Position numbers and translations under genes: made by a program
Assembly (NCBI GenBank): GCA_946965045.2
Contig: OX337242.1
Coordinates: forward strand, 2,666,001 to 2,730,000
Length of the DNA: 64,000 nt
DNA from: Epithemia pelagica
Taxonomy: Eukaryota; Protista; Bacillariophyta
Direction: 5' to 3'
Shown here: one piece after another, positions 22,227 to 31,643 of the stretch
How positions within the stretch are numbered: position 1 is the first letter of the stretch
How the letters are laid out: every line of letters begins with the position of its first letter
The notes under the pieces: model-generated
Seen by the model: the letters and a program-made list of their open reading frames with translations, nothing else
Told to the model about the DNA's origin: nothing
Database searches by the model: none

Positions 22227-22566
22227 GGTGGGAGAAAACCGCTTTGGAAAATTTGTGTTTGCTCAGTGTGTGTCGCGATGCTGACCACACCTTTACTCTG
22301 ATCTCGGTCTGTCTGTGTGTAGTACTGTCAGTTCATTGGAACAGGTTTTTTGGAATTTCATCACGTTCATTTGATTGGCTGGTCAGTTGAGCAGCGACAC
22401 TAAACTTTGTACTGTTCTACATATAGTGACCAATTCGAATTCGTGTCCGGTCATTGGAACCGGCCTGGAACGGTGCAGAAATCGATTCAAAAATCGTTTT
22501 CATTCAAAAACTGGAATTTCTGAATGGCCCTACCTCGCCAACATCCTATTACTTTCTACATCTTAA

Positions 22567-22789
22567 GCGACCCACATATTGCCCTTATCTTGGGTTAACT
22601 GTGGGTCGCTTGATTATATCATTTGAACGACTAGAAAGTGTCCTGGGTCGGTTTTGAAAAAACGACCTGGCTCGAAAAAATCGACCCAGCTCGTTTTTTT
22701 AAAACCGACCCAGGACACCTTATAAGTGCCCAATTCACTTGGACGAACGACCCACGGTTGACCCAAGGTAAGGGCAATACGTGGGTCGC
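22567..22789. repeat. 223-bp concentric fold-back structure between the two divergent Harb-1 genes
   Basis: Outer 42-bp inverted repeat 22567-22608/22748-22789 (4 mismatches) and inner hairpin 22638-22718 (38-bp stem, 3 mismatches, A5 loop); both are centred on 22678. Confidence 0.9.
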
Positions 22790-22982
22790 ACTACTTCCAG
22801 AATTGGAGCCAAATTGGGCATGGCCTCCTCGATTGAAAAATGGAGTCCATGATGAAAACCGACCCAGTCCGGATTTTGGTGAACTGTTTTTAGGGTCATA
22901 ATTAGTTTTCGTGCGAACAGACCAGTCTGGTTTTGCACTCCCTCGCGCTTTTGTTTTACGTACTAATAGTACCTATACTCCG

Positions 22983-24058
22983 ATGACCAGGTCTGGCCGC
23001 AACACTTTGGGCGAGGGTGCCCTACTTTCGTGGAATTCAAAGTCAACAGATGCCGAATTCCTTGACAAAATCGTGTCAGAAGGCTTGATTTCGGAGAGCG
23101 CCACACCCAAATCTGTGTGGTTGGAACACGCTGTTTTCCAAAAGTACAAATTGGAATCATTCAGGTCGGCACTCAACAAAGCCAAAAGAAAATACCAAGT
23201 CCACTTGAAGGATCAACATGAGAGAGAGACTGGTCATGGTCATGAGTTGGGTGGTGGTGAGACGGCCCCATCTATGGATGGAAAGGTAAGGAACCCCAAT
23301 GATGGAGATCTCAAACCAGCTCCTTCTTTGTTTGGGTCGTCCAAAGGACAAGGTAAGTGCCAGTGTACACTGTTTGTTTGATTGTTGAGTCACTGTCCTT
23401 ACCTGTTGTGGTTTATTGTCTTTTATGACCAGGTGTTGCTGCCAAGGTTGCTCCTGAGTCTGTTGTCAGTGACGATGCTATGGTGAAGAAAAGGGCGGCA
23501 GGATCCATGGCATTACAGGAGACACTACAGGTACAACTACAACAAAAGAGGAAAAAGACGAATGAAGAAGACAGTGGTAATGACATGATGAGGAATTGGG
23601 AGCCTCCTCATGTCTTGACACAGTGGGTCGACGACAAGAAACAGCGTCATTTGGTGATTTTGGTGGTGTTGCCTACAGGTATTGCACATGAAGACACAAC
23701 AAATTGCTTGATTGAAGTGGATCCGAGCCAGCTACAGGTACATGTGAAGGTAATTTGGCCTGACAACGCAACTCATATCCATTATCTAACCCAACACATG
23801 CCCAGAGAGTGGCATGTCGAGGAGAAAAACCTACGAATGAAACTTGCTTTGGAAGACGCCATGAATCAGATGCGAAAAAGAGAAACAGACTTTGTCAGGT
23901 CAAAGTTTTCTCTTTCTCTTCCTTTCATGGTCCAAAGCAGGTTCGACTACGAATTTATGTACGACACAACAAACGGATTCAGAGCGTTGTTGATTTCCCT
24001 ACATGAGCCTGACGCACAATTTGAAGGCGGCATGAAGCACAAGATGGTGCGTCTGTAA
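22983..24058 (+). CDS. Harb-1 accessory protein: N-terminal helical putative DNA-binding motif plus C-terminal beta-rich (HSP20/alpha-crystallin-like, tentative) domain. Exons 22983-23352 and 23433-24058
   Basis: An 80-nt GTAAGT..CAG intron joins the two ORF-track pieces in frame. The gene lies inside the TIRs. Confidence 0.8.
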
Positions 24059-25799
24059 ATTAATGTAGTATGATTTGGGGCGGTTGCAAAAACCGGGTGG
24101 TGGTGGGCCTAAATCTTTCTATTAGTTCTCTATTTGTCTATGTTCATAGTTTATGCTATAGTACATCGATTAAGCGTTCTGGTCGTGTTCCGCTTTGTAG
24201 TCAGTCTTTGCCTGGAATGACAGCGAGCTGCTCAGGATTACCCCAGCTCCCAGGGGAGAAAATGCTTAAACTCTCGAGGAGTAGACGTGTCGTTTTGGAC
24301 CACTCTCTCTCTAGGAGGACGTGTACCAATAAAACCAGAGTCACCACATGAGAGCCACCGCCGTCACCACACACTGCCTACCAAACCAGGGACGGACGAA
24401 GCCCATAGTCTGTTTCTAGAGAGAGGTACAATTGTTGTGGTTGTGGTTGTCCTATAGTTCTACGACTACTACTATTAGCCTATGTGCTCGTTGGCGGATC
24501 GGTCCGTCCGTGTCGTCCTCCTCTCGCACAGTGGTGCTCGGTAGGTGGGTTGTCGTCGTCGTCGTCGTTTCTTGCATAGAATACGAACGAAACGACACGA
24601 GTTTTTGCTTGGTTGAATAGTTTTGGTTGTACCAGTCGTGTACAGTGGAAGGATGACCGTCGTGTCGCCTCCTCCATGTTCTTTCATGTCATCCGGAACA
24701 ATACTGGCACGGTCCGTTGGTGGATTGGTCGACTGTGTGTGAGATTTGTCGTCGTCGTCGTTTTGGATCGAGTCGGGGGAGTCGTTGGGTGTTTGTTGTC
24801 GTCATTTGCTCTGGTTGTTATTGTAGCACAGCACTGCAGCACCTTTGCATGTTGTTGTCCTCGTTTGGTTGCCTTTCGTCGTAGCCTTGGACAATAATCC
24901 TCTCGCAGACAAACAGGTGTGAGAGTAGTAGTAGTAGCTGGTTGAGAGTTTCCAGGGTTGGTCCTCTTGTTCCGGGCGTTGTCCTTCAGAGTCCGAGTCA
25001 CTGCTGGGTCGGATTGGATATTCGATACGAACGGAGAATACCGATTCGTGTAAGTATACTGTGGACAGCTGTCACCGCACAACAGAGGTACAATGTCTAT
25101 GGGTGTGAGACATGGGGTGGTGCCACGGTACGTGTTGTGGCTCTTGTGTGCGATTGTGGTGTCGGAACAGTTTCGTCTTTTTCCGATTTGGAGCTTGTGT
25201 GTCTTACAGAGGACGACTGCCAACTATATGCTACACCAGGAGGAACAGTAGGAACAAAAGGCAAGATGTACAGGTACCACCAGCCACATGCCTCATGTGG
25301 TACTAGTAGCCACGTGTATCAGTTGAGTGATCACGACTTGATCGGTGTGACGAGTGCAAAAATCATGGACATTGCCTTCTTGTTCGTTATTGGCAACACA
25401 GATTCAAACGAGGCTTTTTTGTGGGCCTACCGCCTGGATGAGAACGGGATCATTGACGAGAGCACCCGGACCGAACTTTTTAACGAAACAATTTTTCCAG
25501 GTAGGTTCCAGTATCTTGCTCGACTGACGGCATATGTTGAGGAAACATGATCCTTGACTCTCTGAAATGAAACAGATGACACACCACCACAATGAATACG
25601 CTGCACGACCAATGGACGATAACGTGCATCCAGACAAGCTTGAGCACACCGAACAAGAGCACGTCCGACAACCGCAACGACTACATGTTTTTTTTTCAAC
25701 AAGAACCACAACTGTCTTTGTTCCTTTCTAATTACTAGGAGTATATGCAAAACAAACGCCACAAAGAACTATTACCTGCGATTGGTCTACCTCTAGAGG

Positions 25800-25899
25800 A
25801 GTAGGTAGTATTAATACTTCCCGGTGTCGAGTCCTTTCAAGGAGGGACCGCCCGGCGCGGAGGGTAGAATGACGAGGAGGGCAATGGTCGAGGAGGGCG
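25800..25899. repeat. 100-bp GC-rich dispersed repeat; inverted copy at 57235..57334
   Basis: AGTAGGTAGTATTAATACTTCCCGG...GAGGAGGGCG equals the reverse complement of 57235-57334 with 1 mismatch. Confidence 0.93.
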
Positions 25900-26069
25900 T
25901 TAGCTAGAGCTATCACACTGCAAAAACGAATTGGTAGCCCTAGGAGTACATAAAGATTCCACGAGCTGGTTCAATCTACTCCGAGTAGTAGATAGTATAC
26001 CATGTCTGCCAAGCAATAGAGCATTCATCCTAGATATTCCTACACTGCAATAGGCAATCCTCCTTATCA

Positions 26070-27107
26070 TCAGATCCACCACGAGACGACAAGAAGAGTG
26101 CCGAACAGTGGAAGGCATATTGCCGAGAACCAGGGTCGTGTCGTTGTTGCTGAGGAGTGGTGGGATCGTTGATAGGCCGTCACAACGTCGTGACGATTGC
26201 GTTCGAGCGATCCATATTGGCCGCCATTGTTGGTCAAGTGACAGGTGGCCGTCCCCGACGGTGCCAGCTGGGTATGATAGCCACCGCCTTGCCACAAGCC
26301 ATGACCAATGGCGGCACAGGTCAGACTGGGATTGCCTTGCAAAATTATTTGGACTTGATCCAAGACGGTTCCACAAGCTTGTGGTGCCGTTTGGTCGTTG
26401 CGACAGACATGCATGCGAATGGATTGTTGCTGGCGTTCCAAATCGCGACGACGCCATTCCATTAATACTTGGCCAATGGTTTGCAGCGTCTCGACGCCAT
26501 TCGAGGACTGGTCATTGGGCAGACGAATATTGGGATTGCGCAAGTATTCGCGCAGGGCGGTCCAACAATCGGCAAACTGGTTTTCGGCCAAGCATTCATA
26601 CGTGGTTTCGCCCGTGTCACCCAACGTGAGTCGATCCGGAAAGGTTACCGGGGCTTGCACACCTCGGCCCGGTTGACTAGTCACAAAAAAGTGCGACAAG
26701 AATTGCAATTGGACTTGTCGAATCGTTTCTTGTTCGACAGGCGTTGTCGACGAGGATTCGCCCGATTGCAACCACTCGAGAAAGACTTGCACGCCCTGGG
26801 CCGAGGGGACGGCTTCAATATACTCGTAGGGCCAAATACGGGCAATCACGTCGTGATTGTACGAAAATTCCTGGTCCATTTCGTCGTGATAGGCTTGCAA
26901 ACAGTCCGGCGAAGCCAATTTCCACGGAATTAAAACGTCGCCCGATTGCGGTTGTCCATACAAGACACAGTCGTCCAAATTGTCCAATCCATCAAAGGCA
27001 CAGGCCGGACATTCCAGATCTTGATTGGCCGATGTGGCGGCCTCAACCGAGAAAAGGGCAGATCCCCAAACGAAGATAACGCAATACCAAGAACAAGAAC
27101 GCATCAT
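26070..27107 (-). CDS. 345-aa Cys-containing secreted protein with predicted signal peptide and C-terminal hydrophobic tail (possible GPI anchor)
   Basis: N-terminus MMRSCSWYCVIFVWGSALFSVEA; C-terminus SSA..RPWFSAICLPLFGTLLVVSWWI*; multiple Cys; no family recognised. Confidence 0.72.
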   Translation of the reverse strand: MMRSCSWYCVIFVWGSALFSVEAATSANQDLECPACAFDGLDNLDDCVLYGQPQSGDVLIPWKLASPDCLQAYHDEMDQEFSYNHDVIARIWPYEYIEAVPSAQGVQVFLEWLQSGESSSTTPVEQETIRQVQLQFLSHFFVTSQPGRGVQAPVTFPDRLTLGDTGETTYECLAENQFADCWTALREYLRNPNIRLPNDQSSNGVETLQTIGQVLMEWRRRDLERQQQSIRMHVCRNDQTAPQACGTVLDQVQIILQGNPSLTCAAIGHGLWQGGGYHTQLAPSGTATCHLTNNGGQYGSLERNRHDVVTAYQRSHHSSATTTRPWFSAICLPLFGTLLVVSWWI

Positions 27108-27694
27108 GGTAATTCGTAGCTGGCTGTTTGTCGTAGTAGTTGTAGGAGTCTCTTGCTGCTGGTGACGGGTCGGTTTGGGGTTTTCCTCTTTTTGGTTGGG
27201 AGTGTTTTGAGTATGGATTGGGTCTTTTTCTTTGATCGTTGATGGGGCCTTTTCTGCGGGGTCCTGAGAATCCTGCGCGATTCCACCGCGACTGTAAACA
27301 GCTCGTGGTAGCTACCAATAGCTACTCTAGAGTAGTAGCTGGTCCTGCAAGTAGTAGGCTCGAACCATGCCATGGTTTGGTTCAATGGCAAGGTTTGGTT
27401 TTGCCTTTGGTTTGGTTCCATGTTGTGTGTGTTCTGGCTGCTTAAAAGCCCTCATCACAAGGAATCGACGACACGCTCTACAAACTCGTTTCGGTGGGTC
27501 GTCCTTGTTGGGTCCCCCAACACACACATGGCGAGACCACAAACGACACTCGACAAAATAAATAGGTTGCTCCATTCTCACGACTACCTACTAGGTAGAG
27601 AATACGAGGCAAACCCGTGATGGCTGGGTGGGGTACCAAGGAGTACGACGCCTCGCGGCAGTTTCTTGTTGTCTAACAAGTAGTCATTGTATTG

Positions 27695-30044
27695 CTATAA
27701 AATGATACAACTCCAACCACCACCACTGCTATGACGTTCTTTGCCACCATCCCGTGAGGATGCGGTCGTCGATCGGGTCGTATTGGACGAGGAGATGCAA
27801 GTTTGGGCATGTTCCCCGGGAGGGAGCAAGGCACCCGGTCCTTGATATTTGCGCCGCGACAATTTTTCGGTCTGCACCTTGTCCCAAATGGGACCCGGAT
27901 CGGCTGTGACGCGCAAATAATTCTTGACCCATTCCACATTGGTCGAACTATCATCATCGTCGTCGTCATCATCACTACTACAATCATGTTCATCGTCGTC
28001 GTCTTCTGGTTGTTGTTGTTGTTGTGGGTCATGACCAAGCTGATTTTCTTCGTCATCATCATCGTCGTCTTGGCCATTGCGTATCGGTTCTTGTTCTTCC
28101 TCGTGTTGATTGAATTCTTCACTGTACGTGTCTGGTTCTGGAAGGGTGGAAATGTCCCGTGGTTGGCCGTGTGGTTTTGATTGTGGTGGCTGTTGAAACA
28201 ACAATCGTTCTTGTTGTTCGCGGTGCCGCCGTTCTTGTTGCCGTCGTCGTTGTCTCTTACTCGTGGGTTGTTCCGAAGGGACAGGCACTATGGTATATCC
28301 ATCGCGTCCAAATCGTTCATTGGCTTGGGCATTGGTGAGGGGATAATTGACCAAGACGGCATCGCCCGGTTGCCAATCGACGGGCGTTGCCACTTGATAA
28401 TGGGCCGTCCGGAGGAGGGAATCGCACACGCGCAAAATTTCCATCATGTTGCGTCCCGTGGACGCCGGATACGAAATCATGAGAGCAATCGTCTTGTTGG
28501 GTTTGAGAATGTACAAATTGCGCACCGTCATGGGCAGTCCATTGCGATTGATATTCGTACTATCCAACAAGTTCAAGTGTCGACTGTGCGTGCGATCGGC
28601 ATCGGCAAAGAGAGGAAAGTCGACCCGTCCCCCCGTGGCGACTTCAATGTCGGCCATCCATCGTTGATGGGATTGCACATCGTTGCAGGAAAATCCCAGT
28701 AACCGAATTCCCCGTTTCCGAAATTCGTGGGCATACAAGGCGGCTTGGCCCAATTCGGTGGTACAAACTGGAGTAAAACTAGACACGAAAAAAAGCGTAT
28801 CAGGAACAAGAACGGAACCACAAGTCGTGTGTGAGTGAGAGGAAGGACTCCATCCAACACAAGTATCCGTGTCTACACTCGGTACGAAAGTCAATCGCCA
28901 CAGAAACACAAACACGGACTCCCAACAACCACAACAAGTGATGGCCATTATCACACCAGTCTCCAATAGTTGCGTGCCAACTCCATTCTCTGGGAGTTGA
29001 TAAACGTCCACCCCACACTCGGTACGATTGCACCACACCGGAATTCCAGTATCCGCCACAAACACAGTGCCAGTGGTTGTCGTCACACAAGGGAAACTGG
29101 CGTGCCGCATCCTTCTACGCATTTGGCGGTGGGGCTTTTTCTCCTTGTCCTCTTGCTTGTTTGTCGCGTCAAGTTGATGGTCCGTCTCTCTCCCCAACAC
29201 CAACGAAACCACCAAAACACAACGAGTACCATGCCCATCCATCCATAACAACAACGAATCCTCCACTCCACACACAACAACAGTTTACACACACAAACCA
29301 GCCAACCGTCCATTCACAAAAGACTACAGTACACACAACAACAAGAACATCAACAGACTGCACGTACTCTCCCGGATGCATCAGAATCAATCCCCAGGCT
29401 TCTCCCAAATAGCGATACAATTCAAATTCCGGATTGTCTTGCGTTTCCCCTTTCAAATTGGGAAACTGTCATTGTCGTGTTGGTCGGTGTTTGGTGATTT
29501 GTGGTTGGTGTTTGGTGAGTGAAATTGTAGCCGAGGGAGTGCGCAGGTCGAGTGGAATCGATTATGTCAAACGGGTGCATCCAGAACAACAACACGAAGC
29601 AAAAGAACAACAGGAAGCAAAAGAAGAAGAAAGACGACCAATCCACCAACCAACCCAGAGCATCCAAGAACAAGAATCGTGTGTCACACATGAGGAACCA
29701 AACAAAAAAAAACAAATTCCAGAGAGAATAGGGCCAATCCATCCATCCATATCATGAACCACAAAAACAGAAGCTCGTGAGGAACGATGCATTCCAAATC
29801 ATACGAAACCTAATACTAGAACGGCCCATGGAATAGGCCGTCCACACGGAGCAATGCCTGCACGAGAGCGATACACTCCACCACCGTGATCCTCCAAACC
29901 GCTTGGCATAACAACACTGCGCACACAAACAACGAGACGTACCGTATCGCCCAATCTTAAGGTTCGAACCCGCTGCTCGTTGGGTGGTTCTGCCGCAGCG
30001 GCAGGAGGAGAAGGATTGTGGCTGCCTCGTTTGGTGGTGCTCAT
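27695..30044 (-). CDS. 1-Cys peroxiredoxin (Prx6-type) with acidic insertion and C-terminal CaaX. Exons 30044..29943, 29465..29368, 28778..27695
   Basis: Spliced product reads LRLGDT|FPNL...YLGEAWGLILMHPGD|FTPVCTTELG, plus YPASTGRN, ATPVDWQPG and NYLRVTADP. Both introns (477 and 589 nt) are GT-AG and in frame. Confidence 0.9.
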
Positions 30045-30803
30045 GATGGTAGATAGTGGTGTTCTCTAGAACGTATCAAATTCCAAATCCGTGGACTGTG
30101 CTCCCAACCACAACAACAAGAACAAGAAGAACGACACCACTCCAAACCAAGACAACCAACAGAACAATCTCTCTTTTTCTCGCGCTCTCTCTCTCTCTAC
30201 AAGGATGAGACTGTTGTGGTTGTTGCAATGGCTGTTGTGCTGCTGTTGTGCGAGGAGAGATCCACGGCAAAGAGCCGTAGCAACAACCACAAAACCCGTC
30301 ACACTCTCAACTCTCCATCCCACGGTTGGTACCCTCGCCATAAGTGGAATCAGTACCGGATGCCTCCGGAGCTGCTTTACTTCCGAGCGCTATGACACGA
30401 ATCCAAATGATGCTAGTTCGTATGGAATATTATTCTCACCCGATGAGGAGGATCTAGGGCAGATAATCCCCATCGGTAAAGATCTTTAATTTTTTCTTAA
30501 CTTTTTTCAGAACGATTCAGACTCTCTCTCGAGAGTAACCTCCAACCCTTTGTTGGAGGAAGCGTTCCAACGTTGAAGTTGACCATGACAATCTCGTTGG
30601 GCGCAGAGTCCCACATGCCACGATGACTGCATAGAGACGGTACGCTTGCTAGGTAGCTACTAGGTAGGCTGGGACTACCCCGAATCTAGCTCTACTAGAA
30701 AGGTAGCTTTTTCGATACTCCTCTCCATTCGAGAGCTCGACCATGGCGTTCCAACTTGTTTGTTTGGTACGCAACAGTTGTAGCTTTCTCTCTTTTTCTC
30801 TTG

Positions 30804-30911
30804 TCTTTCGATCCGCAAGAGTTTTGTCGTCCAGAAACGTTGGAACAAGTCGTAGGGGGTCTTCTTTCGATCCACAAGAGTTTTCTCGTCCAGAAACGTT
30901 GGAACAAGTCG
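30804..30911. repeat. Two copies of a 49-bp direct repeat (period 59 bp)
   Basis: TCTTTCGATCC(G/A)CAAGAGTTTT(G/C)TCGTCCAGAAACGTTGGAACAAGTCG at 30804 and 30863. Confidence 0.85.
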
Positions 30912-31394
30912 CGACTCGAAACAGAACAAATGGCAACCTTCCCAGCTAGCTACCGTAGCTATCGTGTTGAGAGAGAGGAACTGTTATCCTCCTACTGGTT
31001 TCGTACTACTCCTAGGAATACTATGTGCTGGAATGGTGGAGCCGTAGAATCATAAGAATAGTACCATGCGGTAGGCCTGCCAAATGGGACCACTCAAAAC
31101 ACACCCAAACGGTGCCACCACCACGCCACGAAAGCGACTCGGTACACCTCTCTAGCTACCTAGTAGGGAGAGTCTCCAAGACAAGCCCCCACAGTCCGTC
31201 GTGGGGTCACATGTTCGCAACAGGAGCGTCGTTCCTCTCATCCATGGCCGCACCGCACGAGTCTTTGCTCGAAAAGAGCTCCACAGAAACCCCAACACTG
31301 GAATGGGAACACGATGGATCCAACACCACAAGAAGGGGGGAACAAAACAGAGCAGGCTCTCTGGAAATGACCAAGCCTCTGCTGCTGCTGCTGC

Positions 31395-31606
31395 TGTTGA
31401 AATCCAACTGTCGTCTCCGTAAAGCTGGATGGGCTAAAAGGGATGAACTTAAAAGGGGAAAAGAGTATTATAACGTTACATTGACGGCGTCCTTTGACGA
31501 TGTGTTGGTGCGTAATTGGTAGGGTACGTCAGGCGGAAAGTGCCCTTTGATGACGTGTGCGTCCGGGGGATGTCCCCGAAGCACCGGGTGACCCAATATC
31601 TTCACA
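31395..31606 (-). repeat. 3' LTR of Copia-A (212 bp)
   Basis: 3 transitions versus 37642..37853; adjoined by the polypurine tract (plus strand CTCCCTCTCA, 31607-31616). Confidence 0.96.
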
Positions 31607-31643
31607 CTCCCTCTCACTTTTCGTCCCTGGTGCTCTTTGCTGA

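Larger units (their letters stand above)
21106..24250. mobile_element. Complete PIF/Harbinger DNA transposon (Harb-1, 3145 bp) with 29-bp TIRs and a CAG target-site duplication
   Basis: Left TIR GGAGATGGGGTAATCCTGAGCAGGTCGCT (21106-21134) matches the reverse complement of 24222-24250 with 2 mismatches. CAG lies at 21103-21105 and 24251-24253. Encodes a DDE transposase plus a divergent accessory gene. Confidence 0.92.

Noticed and set aside
24430-25760. Possible gene (202-aa plus-strand ORF 24942..25550 or 179-aa minus-strand ORF 24684..25223)
   Set aside because: Competing frames with no recognisable domain or convincing exon structure; left uncalled
27695-29275. 526-aa ORF as the full peroxiredoxin
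   Set aside because: Its first ~165 codons are intron 2; the conserved N-terminal Prx6 motifs lie in two upstream exons
30091-30489. 132-aa ORF divergent from the peroxiredoxin
   Set aside because: Low complexity, overlaps (CT)n-like promoter sequence, no motif
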